A DNA stretch of 63,642 nt, counting the filler, from Pirum gemmata (taxonomy: Eukaryota), in NCBI GenBank assembly GCA_002812295.1. It is 19 parts of 19 records of this genome, joined end to end, with 100 filler letters (N's around TTAATTAATTAA, not from the genome) between each part and the next. Parts side by side here need not be neighbours in the genome. Positions count along the whole stretch, not along the records: positions 35,447 to 38,635 come from PDIN01003271.1; positions 38,736 to 41,897 come from PDIN01003272.1; positions 41,998 to 45,149 come from PDIN01003273.1; positions 45,250 to 48,390 come from PDIN01003274.1; 15 more parts are not named here. The stretch is one strand, 5' to 3'. A program made the position numbers and the translations under genes. The notes beneath the pieces are model-generated. The model was not told the origin of the DNA. It saw nothing but the letters and a program-made list of their open reading frames with translations, and made no database searches. Shown piece after piece: positions 37,460 through 47,582 of this stretch; position 1 is the stretch's first letter, and every line of letters begins with the position of its first letter.

Positions 37460-38350
37460 TTTTTTTCTGTTTTCCTTTATAAAAAAAGGAGAAGCAGTAG
37501 GTTACAGTTATTTTAATATATAGTTAAATTATTAAAGTTGTGTTTTGTTGATTTGTTTCATAATACTTTGGTAAAAGTTAATGATTTGATTGTCAGTTGA
37601 TTGTGATTTGTTGTATTTTTCATAATAAGACCATAGTATATGGTTTATGATGAGTAATTGTATTGTTCTTTTGAACTTTTGTTCCTAGAATTATAGCGTT
37701 GTAGTCGTTGTTGTGGATATTGTTGGAATTATCATCTATATTTTGGTTAATATGTAATAATTTTTGATTTATGTTATCCATTCTAATCTACCGGTAGTCT
37801 TATAGTGTTTTGTCTATATGTTCAAAAATGTGTAGTTTGACTTCTGGTGGAAAATCTTTGGAACAACATTGGCATTGAAAAGGTGGGGTTTTCGACGTCC
37901 ACTGTCTTGTTGGTTTTCTTTGGGTTAGTATCCATATGTGACTTTTTAGTATTCTCGGTATTCTTTTTGTATTGATCATGATTCTTTTATTTTTAATTAT
38001 ATTTTCCCTTTCATTTTGTTCTATATTCCACATGTTGTTTAGGTTGTTATCATTGAAGGTTTGGTTTGAGATATCCTTCTATTTGTTTTATACTACTGTT
38101 TGTCATGATCAATGGTAGATTCCAACTATTTGGAGGTATTATATTTGGTTTAGACTTGGAGCATATTTTTATTAATATTTTTGTTGTTTCTTTTTTACAT
38201 AATTTTTTATATTGTTGTATTGTTATCGTAAAATTCGTAATAAAACTTATTGTTGTTGTTGATGGTGTATGCTAGTTTTAATTAATAATTGTTCTGTGTT
38301 GTTTTGTATTGGAATCATGTTTTGTAGGGTTTCGATTGTGTGAATTATCC
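37460..38350 (-). mobile_element. Decayed 3' end of a LINE (L1/Tx1-like) with zf-RVT-like cysteine motif
   Basis: HIWILTQRKPTRQW...CQCC...EVKLHIF fits the W...T...CxxC...E..HxF pattern; in-frame stops downstream; ends in an A-run. Homologous to 42738-43320 and to 50060-50100 / 50528-50690. Confidence 0.65.
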
Positions 38351-38923
38351 ATGTTGGTAAAAAATTATTGTTGTTTGTGCTCTCCTAACAGCTGTCCCCA
38401 CACTAGCCAGTAGCTTCCTACAGCTATGGTGGGGGAATTCTACCTGATTCCATATCTTTTTTAAAAATTTAATTAAAATTTAAAAAATAGTGCCAAATTT
38501 CAAATTTTTTGAAAAATTACAGTTTTTTGAATTTTTGACCGTTTTTTTTTTTTTTTCGAAAAAGTAAAACCGTGAATGGATCGGGCTTGACGAGAGTGTT
38601 CGATTTATGCACAAAAAAAAGTAAAAGGTAAGGTGNNNNNNNNNNNNNNNNNNNNNNNNNNNNNNNNNNNNNNNNNNNNTTAATTAATTAANNNNNNNNN
38701 NNNNNNNNNNNNNNNNNNNNNNNNNNNNNNNNNNNGTAAGTTACGTAACACTACGTTATTATTTTTAGTATATTGAGTGTATATTGTAAGCTCGAAAAAA
38801 TAATAGATTGAAAATGTCAATTTTAATTGGGCTATGTTGGCAATTACAATTTTTTAATTCTATTTACAAAAAAAAATAGTATTATTCGATTTTTGGTTTT
38901 TTTTGTATATTTTTTTACTTTAA

Positions 38924-39159
38924 CTAGCAAGTCGTGGATAAAAATGGCGACATCCGCCATATGAGCTCAAAAATCCAAAAAATTTCAAAACGATCCAAAT
39001 TTAATGAAAGTACTACCAAATTTTGAGAAATCGTCTAACTAACAAAACTCTATTATGAAGCAATAGCCAGTTTTTAGAAATAATTTGGCTAATTAGAATT
39101 GAAGATTTTAGAAAAGAAGCCTAAAAAAATGATTTCTACAGTTTTATCCGGCTTGGCTG
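38924..39159. mobile_element. MITE family E copy (piggyBac-like)
   Basis: TTAA|CTAGCAAG...TTTTATCCGGCTTGGCTG|TTCA; reverse orientation relative to 5690-5942. Confidence 0.8.
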
Positions 39160-39169
39160 TTCAATTTTT

Positions 39170-40025
39170 TCCTTTTTAGGATTTATTTCATTAAAATAAT
39201 GTTAATAGCTTTATGGCAGTAATTGGCGATAACTATAACTATAACTAAAAAGACAAGTATAACGATAACAACAATAATAATGATAATGATAAGGATGTGT
39301 ATAAGGATAATTACAATTACAATTATATAGATATCAATAATGATAACGAAAACAACCGAGTTAATGATAACGATAAAGATAAATAATTCTAATCAAAATT
39401 CTAATGATAGTGATAATGATAAAGATGAGATAATGACAATGTTAATGTTAGTGTTTTAGGATTTATTTCGTTCCAACAAAAAGGCAGTAATTGGCGATAA
39501 CTATAACGAAAAAGACAACTATAACGATAACAACAATGATAAGAATAAGGATTAGGATAAAGATAATTACAATTACAATTATATAGATATCGATAACCAT
39601 AACGAAAACGACGAGTTAATGATAACGATAAAGATAAATAATTATAATACCAATTCTAAAGATAGTGATAATGGTAAAGATGATAATGATAATGTTAATG
39701 TTATTGTTTTAGGATTTATTTAATTGCAACAAAAGGTCAGTAATTGGCAATAACTATAACGAAAAAGACAGCTATAACGATAACAACAATGATAATAAGA
39801 ATAAGGATAAGAATACCGATAATTACAATTACAATTATATAAATATCGATAATGATAACGAAAACGATTGGGTAAATGATAACGATAAAGATAAATAATT
39901 ATAATGCTGATTCTAATTATAGTAATAATGATAAAAGATGATAATGGCTATGTTAATATTATGTTTTAGGATTTATTTCATTTAAATAAGGATCTATTTC
40001 ATTTAAATAATTTTAATGGGCTTCA
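39170..40025 (+). repeat. Tandem array (3 units of ~255-280 bp plus partial copies), each starting with a copy of the RasGEF exon acceptor
   Basis: ttttAG|gatttatttc...ggcagtaattggcg at ~39174, 39455, 39707 and 39964, versus the true tttttAG|gatctatttcatttaaataattttaatgggcttatggcggtaatcgcg at 40141. Confidence 0.85.
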
Positions 40026-40147
40026 ATTTAAAATTTTTATTTTTTATTTTCAAAATTTTTAAATTTTAAATTTTAAAAAATTTTTTTTTAAATTTTAAAA
40101 TTTTTATTTTTTAAATTTTTATTTTTTTAAATTTTTTCCTTTTTTAG

Positions 40148-40364
40148 GATCTATTTCATTTAAATAATTTTAATGGGCTTATGGCGGTAATCGCGGTTTT
40201 TAATTCGGCTGCTATTTCAAGATTAAAAGCCACGTGGGCACAACTGGGCAAAACACGAAAAGAACAATTCGATTATTTCAATGAACTGCTGCATCCTTTT
40301 GATAATTTTATGAAATATAGAAGTTATATTCATAGTGTAAATCCACCTTGTATACCCTTTTTTG
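40148..40364 (+). CDS. Internal exon of a CDC25/SOS-type RasGEF catalytic domain
   Basis: AG/GT-bounded 217-bp exon DLFHLNNFNGLMAVIAVFNSAAISRLKATW...NFMKYRSYIHSVNPPCIPFFG, with the hallmark LNNFN, ISRLKxTW and PPCIPFFG motifs. Confidence 0.92.
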
Positions 40365-41735
40365 GTATTTTTTATTACTATACCCCCCACCCCCCTTTTT
40401 TTTGTTTGGTATTAATACATTTTTTTTAAATGCATTTTTTGGTATTATTTATTATTATTATACCCTTTATTTATTATTATACTTTTTTTTGTTTGGTGTT
40501 AATTCACCTTTTAAATCCATTTTTTTGGTATTATTTATTATTATACCGCTTTTTGTTTGGTGTTAATTCACCTTTTAAATCCATTTTTTTTGGTATTGTT
40601 TATTATTATATCCTTTTTTGTTTGGTGTTAATTTACCTTTTAAATCCATTTTTTTGTATTATTTATTATTATCCCCTTTTTTGTTTGGTATTGAATCAAT
40701 ACACCTTTTAAATCCATTTTCTGGTATTATTTATGATTATACCCTTTTTTTGTTTAGTGTTCCACCTTTTTTTCCTTTTTTTTGGTATTATTTATTATTA
40801 TATCCTTTTTTGTTTGGTGTTAATCCTCCTTTTAAATCCATTTTTTGGTATTATTTATTATTATACCCTTTTTTGTTTGGTATTAATTAATACACCTTTT
40901 TTAAATTCATTTTTTGGTATTATTTATTATTATAACCTTTTTTTGTTTGGTATTAATACACCTTTTTAAATCCATTTTTTCGTATTATTTATTATAACAC
41001 GCTTTTGTGTTTGGTGTTAATTTTTTTGGTATTATTTATTATTATACCTTTTTTTGGTTTGGTGTTAATCCACCTTTGAAATCCATTTTTTCGGTATATA
41101 TTCATTTTTTGGTATTATTTATTACTATACCCTTTTGTGTTGAGTGTTAATTTTTTTGGTATTATTATTACACCCTTTTTTTTATTTAGTATTAATCCAC
41201 CTTTTAAGTTCATTTTTTGGTGTTATTTATTATACCCTTTTTTTTTTTGGTATTATTTATTGTTATACCCTTTTTTTCTTTGGTATTAATACATCTTTTA
41301 AATCCATTTTTTGGTATTATTTATTATTATACCCTTTTTTCTTTTAGTGTTAATCCACCTTTCAAATCCATTTTTTTGGTATTAGTTATTTTAGACCCCT
41401 TTTCTGTTTGGTATTGATACACCTTTTTAATCCATTTTTTGGGGTGTCTTTTTTTTGTTTGGTATTAATACACCTTTTAAATCCCTTTTGGTATTATTTA
41501 TTATTATACCCTTTTTTGTTTGGTATTAATCCACCTCTTGGTTTTAATCCACCTTTTAAATCCATTTTTGGGTATTATTTACTATTATACCCTTTTTTGT
41601 TTGATATTAATACACCTTTTAAATCCATTTTTGGGTATTATTTATTATTATACCCTTTTTTGTTTGATATTAATACTTCTTTTAAATCCATTATACCCCT
41701 TTTTGTTTGGTATTAATACACCTTTTTAATCCGGT
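40365..41735 (+). repeat. ~60-bp minisatellite (more than 20 units) derived from the RasGEF exon end and donor site
   Basis: Unit gttaatccaccttttaaatccattttttggtattatttattattatacccttttttgtttg versus the exon end gtaaatccaccttgtatacccttttttg|gtattt. Confidence 0.88.
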
Positions 41736-41858
41736 TTTCGGAATTTATTATTTATTATTATTATAATCTCCATTATTATTATTAAAATCATTATAATCAT
41801 TATCATTATCTTTATCATTATCATCACCACCACCACCACCACCACTACCACCACCACG

Positions 41859-41892
<34 letters not shown>

Positions 41893-42737
41893 TCATCNNN
41901 NNNNNNNNNNNNNNNNNNNNNNNNNNNNNNNNNNNNNNNNNTTAATTAATTAANNNNNNNNNNNNNNNNNNNNNNNNNNNNNNNNNNNNNNNNNNNNTTA
42001 TTATTATTATCATTTGTTATAAATATCAATATTATTATTATTATTATTATTATTTGCACTACTACTACTAATGCTACTACTACCTAATAATGAGCTGTTT
42101 CTTGTCTCTTAGTAATGGAAATCGGTGCCATTTTTTATATATACTGAGTATCCTGTTTTACTACTGTTTTATAATATAATATGATTATCAATATAATAAA
42201 GAAATATGGTTGAAATTTATCACGTCTACTTAAAGAAATTTATGTGGCCAGTCTATATGTATAGTCTAATATTTATCATGACCGTATTTATCATGAATAT
42301 AATGGTATAACCTTGGAATTGTCTTTAGGAAAGTCCACTATGTTGTTAACTACTTGTATATACCTTATTGTGCCCTGTATCTTTCTAAGTACAGGTGTAA
42401 GTCGAGGTATTCTGAGGTGTTCTCGTCAAAACAGATGGCTTTTTGTGATGTTCTTTATTTGTTATATTATATAGGTGTGTGGCAAAAGATGTCACTGTCT
42501 TGTAAACTTGAAAAGTGTGGTAAAGGTGTGTCACTTGAGGAGGAGTCTATGAGTGTTGATTCTGTTCCTCAACAGCGCATTTATATAATAACAATTCATG
42601 CAAGGTGTTCTAAAGACTTCGAAGGGTGTCTGCTCCTGAGTAAGTCCTATGATATTATTTTGTGTTTGCCACTTTTTCCTACTAGCATAAAACATATAGA
42701 AGAAAACTTCAAAACAAAAACCTTTAATGTAATAACT

Positions 42738-43320
42738 TAAACAACCTTTGGAATATAAAAACAGAATGAATAACAAAAGATAATTAAAAATAGGCCTAGG
42801 AGAATCAATAGATTGAATCAATACAAAAAAACTACCAAAAATTCTAAAAAGTCACATACTAACACTATACTAACTAACCCAAAGAGAATCAACAAGACAG
42901 TGGACGTCGACAGTTCGAAAACCCAATAGACTGTTCGGGGAGTCTGTTCCAAAGAATTTCCACCAGAACTGAACATAGACTAGACATAACGGTATTATGA
43001 TACTCTGATATGATACCTGTAAGACTCCTGTAAGGCTAGAGCTAGAATGGTTTTAACCTACATCAAAAAAATATTACATATCGATATAAATACGAATATA
43101 GACGACAACTCCAACAATATCCATAACAACGACCACAACGTTAACGCTATAATACTAGGAACTAATTTCTACAACAAAAGAACAATACAATTGCTCATCA
43201 TATTATAGATTATAATATTAGCGTGTCATTATGAAAAGTATAACAAGTCAAATTTAACTAACAATCAATATCAAACTATCATGAAACAAATCAGCAACTT
43301 TAATTTTTAAAAAAAACGGT
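42738..43320 (+). mobile_element. Second, more decayed copy of the LINE 3' region
   Basis: Shares ctaaaaagtcacata, caacaagacagtggacgtcga, ttccaaagaatttccaccagaa and caacaatatccataacaacgac with the reverse complement of 37560-38040. Confidence 0.7.
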
Positions 43321-43635
43321 GTAACTAGCTAGTAACTACTGTACGCTGGGTAAAACTGTGGAAATCATTTTTTTAGACGTCTAAAAACTAGCCATTGGTT
43401 CATAATCTACAAGCTAGCTACTAGGGTTCATAATAGAGTTTTCACATTGAGTTTTCTTTTAGCTATGATACTAGCTACGACGAGTTCTACTACGATAGTT
43501 TTTACGATAGCTAGTAGCTAGCTAGTCAGAACTCAGGCTAGTGAGTCCCTAGTCTATATTATAAATTATTTATAATCTGTTTACCAGTAATCTGTCTATT
43601 GATAAAAAATGGCGAATGTCGCCATTTTTATCCAA

Positions 43636-43695
<60 letters not shown>

Positions 43696-43697
<2 letters not shown>

Positions 43698-43935
43698 GTC
43701 AAGCCGGATAAAACTGTAGAAATCATTTTTTTAGACTTCTTCTCTAAAAACCATTAATGCTAACTAGCCAAATTATTTTTAAAAACTACCCATGAGCTCA
43801 TAATAGATTTTTCTTAGTTAGATGATTTCTCAAATTTTGGTAGTACTTTTATTGAAATTAGAACATTTTGGGATTTTTTGGATTTTTGAGCCCAGCCCAT
43901 ATGGTGGATGTTGCAATTTTTATCCGGCTTGGTAG
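43696..43935. mobile_element. MITE family E copy (piggyBac-like)
   Basis: TTAA|CAGTCAAGCCGGATAAAA...TTTTATCCGGCTTGGTAG|TAAA. Confidence 0.82.
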
Positions 43936-44023
43936 TAAAAAAAAAAAAAATGGTAACAACTTTTCTAGGACATACCATACTTAGGCATATTGTGCGTCTC
44001 GCAAATACACAATTTTTTTATTA

Positions 44024-44291
44024 GGGAGCGTTCAATAATTACGTAACGCCGGGTGGTAGGTAGGGGGTCGGATTTTTGTGACAGGCCGTGACGCAGTAGG
44101 GGGGTAGGTTTTCGTAATATGACATAACGCAAAAAAAAATGACTTGNCATTTAGGTAATTTAGGTACTATTTTTTCCAAAACGTTACGTCATAAGGGGTA
44201 GGTAGTCCTTCTCAAACGTGACAGGCCGTTACACGGGGGGTAGGGTAGGTTTTTGTCCCAAATCGGCGTTACGTAATTATTGAACGCTCCC
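44024..44291. mobile_element. PIF/Harbinger MITE, longer family (268 bp), full length
   Basis: Perfect 28-bp TIR GGGAGCGTTCAATAATTACGTAACGCCG with TTA TSD on both sides; terminus shared with family A, different interior. Confidence 0.93.
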
Positions 44292-45299
44292 TTATTTATA
44301 AATGCCAATGAAAACAAATAACTAAAAATAAGTTAGGAGAAATGCTAAAATTAGATTATTAGAGACTAGCTAGAATTAGTTAGAGAATTAGTACCTACTA
44401 CCTGGTAGCGGTAGCTGTTGTTTAGGAATTATCGGTATCTGATAGTAGTCTAGTAGCTCTGATAGTAGTAGTACTAGCTAGTAGACACTTAGTAGACTGT
44501 AGAAAAAAACAGTAGAATTAGAAAAGTTCTAGTAGAAACTCTCTAGAATTAGTAGGAATTAGTAGAATTAGTCCTTATTAGTCTAGGAAAAATTCTTCTA
44601 GGGTCCAAGTCATTGTTTTATTCGTCAATAATTATCTGGGTCACAACTGGGTGTAACTGAGATGTAGTCTAGACTCTAGCTAGAACACTTCTAGAACTAG
44701 TCTAGCTAGACTCTAGCTTCTAGCTAGTAGAGTGTAGAGTGTAGACCGCGGACTATGGACCTATGGCAGTAGTTACCCTTAGTCTATTCTGCTAATTAAA
44801 ATACCGACGGCTTTATTATGCTTTGTTGTTATACGACTATATAAATAGACCTCTATATTTATAAATAATAATATGATAATAATAATAAAAAAAAATAATA
44901 AATAAAAAAATAGTATACAAATACTATACAAATAGTATTCAAATACACTGTAAAATGTGTAAATATGACAGTATTCAAATGAATGAATGATAGTGAAAAT
45001 CAAGTAAAAAACATAAGTAAAAAAACAAACAACAAAAAACAACAAAAGGCAACAAAAAACAACAAAAAGCAACAAAAAACAACAGATAATAAAAAAAACT
45101 ATGATTATTATCATAATATCATAGCAAAATAATAATAATAATAATAATANNNNNNNNNNNNNNNNNNNNNNNNNNNNNNNNNNNNNNNNNNNNTTAATTA
45201 ATTAANNNNNNNNNNNNNNNNNNNNNNNNNNNNNNNNNNNNNNNNNNNNAATAATAATAACAATAATAAAGAAACTTATATTAATAGTGAATTTACACC

Positions 45300-47582
45300 A
45301 TGCATATAGATGAAACAAACACGTGTAATGATCCTACTGACAGCGATAAATGTAAAATTATAAATGGCAATGACAAGGTACTTGTTATTGATAACAAAAT
45401 AGAAAGTTATGGTAATAGTTATTGTACTGATAAATATAAAGTCGAACGTTATCTTGAGAATGACGTTAACAATAATTATTATAATAGTATTAGAGCTAAG
45501 AATAGTGAAAATAATAATATTGATGCAGTTGATAACAATAGTGTAGATGGGAATAGGAAAAAAGATTTAGATTGGAAGGACTATGATAAAAATTACTTTA
45601 GTAACTCTGCAGTTGAAACAAATATTATTTTAACTGTTGCTACTCCATCTACTACCACCACTAATTCTGCTTCTACTGCTACTAGTGCTACCACCAGCAC
45701 CAGCACCAGTACCAGCACCAGCACCAGCACCACTCCTACTCTTACTCCTACTCCTACTCCTTCTCTTCCTTCTACTACCACTACTACTGCTAAGACTACG
45801 GTTACTTCTACTACTACTCCTAATACTACTCCTAATACTCCTACTCCTACTCCTACTCCTACTATAATTAATACTACCACTACCACTACTGATGGGGATG
45901 GGGATGGGGATGGCGATGGCGATGCTAATGCTAATGCTAATGCTGATGCTGATGCTGCTGATTGTGATGCCGATGCTGCTGATTCTGATTGTGATGCTGA
46001 TGCTGATGCTGATGCTGATGCTGATGCTGATGCTGATGCTATGAGTATGAGTACAACTACTACTGCTGTTTCGACTGTGACTGTTTATGACGTGGCGTCG
46101 AACAGTTATCAATTACGGCTTATACCGAATACCATCAGAAAGGAAGAGGTGACGACAAAAACCACTCATTTCTTTATGGACACCAATGATACTAATTCTA
46201 CAATCATAACAGTTGCTAGTGGTAAAAGTAATATTTCTATTACCAATAACAATATTGAGAATAATATTAGTGATAATAATTATGAAAATGATAATAACTA
46301 CACTACCCTAAATAGCAAAAACATATGTAATGTAGTAAAGATATTTCAGGAACAGAAACAGTATTGTGAAGAAGCTACACAAATAATACGTGATGTTCCT
46401 GCTTGTGAGATCATTAAATATTCAAAAAATAATGTTTTAGCTTCCAAAATTGATTCTTATTACGTTAGTGCTGCCCGGTTGTGTTTTTATCTTCTTTACT
46501 CATCTTGTTTTGACTCCTTAAGACTTGGAAATGAAGATTTAATGACGTTTACTTCGGAAGAAAATGTTCGCATACAACGTTTTGCAAAATGTATTAGTGA
46601 TTTATTTGCTATTGTGCAAGAAACTGTTCTCTCCCAGTCAAAGAAAGGTGGTTTTTTTACGAAAACACCAGCATCCACAGGGTTACCAGCATCATACCAA
46701 TGTCCAAACAATGCACTAGAAATAGGATCTAATAGTGACTGCATACAAGAAAAACATTATTCTGAAATAGTGCAAATCACAGCTCAACTAGTTTTTTCTA
46801 TACTGAATAGTGATAAAGATTTTTTAAGCAATTGTTCAGAATTAAGTTCGCTAGAAAGGTTTTATAAACTCGAATCTAGTAAGAATGGAAAGTTTGAATT
46901 GCCAAGTCGTGTTGATGATTTTGGTCAACGCATTGCGACCATTATGACACAGCCACAACAGGAAACCTCCCTAGCATGCTCACATCATCTTCAATCTCGA
47001 AAGCAAAAGCTTGAAGCACCCAAAACACCCAAAACACTCAACTCACCTAAATCACCTTCTCAAGCACGAAAATCCGTAGATGTTAGTTGTAAAAAACGAA
47101 CTATTAAAAATGAAACTCCAAATAACCGACGTAAATCTTCAAGAAATTGCACTCCAGTAAGTTCTGCTAAGAAAAGATTGAAAAAAACAACACCTATAAA
47201 TCCTAACCAAAAGCCAATATCGAGTTATCTTGTACGAAATGAACCACAGAACGAAAAAGTAAAAGAGATTAATTGGTCAGATAAGGAAAAGGAAAAGGAA
47301 AAGGCCAAGAAAAACGAAAATGAAAAAGAGAATATTTCATGTACACCAAGCTTAACCCCTCTGTTTCAAACCCCAAGTCAAAAGCATGAAATACCAGGTA
47401 AAATGCGTCAAACACCGAGGAATATTTATTCTTCTTCTAATAAAGCAAACGAGCAACGCGAAAGCGATTTGCCCGCCCGACTAAACGTGGGTTCAAGTAC
47501 ACCATTAAAAGCTAGTAGCTTTCCTAATAAAAGAAAGGCACCCGATTTTGGTGAAGAGGTAAAAAATAAAAAGGCGAAATGA
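45300..47582 (+). CDS. 760-aa hypothetical protein (or large last exon); low-complexity N half, globular middle, basic S/T-P-rich tail with NLS and PIP-box-like motif
   Basis: Long uninterrupted ORF; QKPISSYL at 47208-47231; TPK/SPK sites; C-terminal KRKAPDFGEEVKNKKAK. No family recognised. Confidence 0.8.
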   Translation: MHIDETNTCNDPTDSDKCKIINGNDKVLVIDNKIESYGNSYCTDKYKVERYLENDVNNNYYNSIRAKNSENNNIDAVDNNSVDGNRKKDLDWKDYDKNYFSNSAVETNIILTVATPSTTTTNSASTATSATTSTSTSTSTSTSTTPTLTPTPTPSLPSTTTTTAKTTVTSTTTPNTTPNTPTPTPTPTIINTTTTTTDGDGDGDGDGDANANANADADAADCDADAADSDCDADADADADADADADAMSMSTTTTAVSTVTVYDVASNSYQLRLIPNTIRKEEVTTKTTHFFMDTNDTNSTIITVASGKSNISITNNNIENNISDNNYENDNNYTTLNSKNICNVVKIFQEQKQYCEEATQIIRDVPACEIIKYSKNNVLASKIDSYYVSAARLCFYLLYSSCFDSLRLGNEDLMTFTSEENVRIQRFAKCISDLFAIVQETVLSQSKKGGFFTKTPASTGLPASYQCPNNALEIGSNSDCIQEKHYSEIVQITAQLVFSILNSDKDFLSNCSELSSLERFYKLESSKNGKFELPSRVDDFGQRIATIMTQPQQETSLACSHHLQSRKQKLEAPKTPKTLNSPKSPSQARKSVDVSCKKRTIKNETPNNRRKSSRNCTPVSSAKKRLKKTTPINPNQKPISSYLVRNEPQNEKVKEINWSDKEKEKEKAKKNENEKENISCTPSLTPLFQTPSQKHEIPGKMRQTPRNIYSSSNKANEQRESDLPARLNVGSSTPLKASSFPNKRKAPDFGEEVKNKKAK

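Noticed and set aside
40365..41735. CRISPR-like periodicity
   Set aside because: No unique spacers, degenerate contiguous units, eukaryotic intron context and no cas genes; it is a minisatellite.
42050..42740. ORFs 42354-42740 and 42531-42821 as genes or an RT domain
   Set aside because: No RT or endonuclease motif could be confirmed; probably decayed retroelement sequence next to the LINE fragment.
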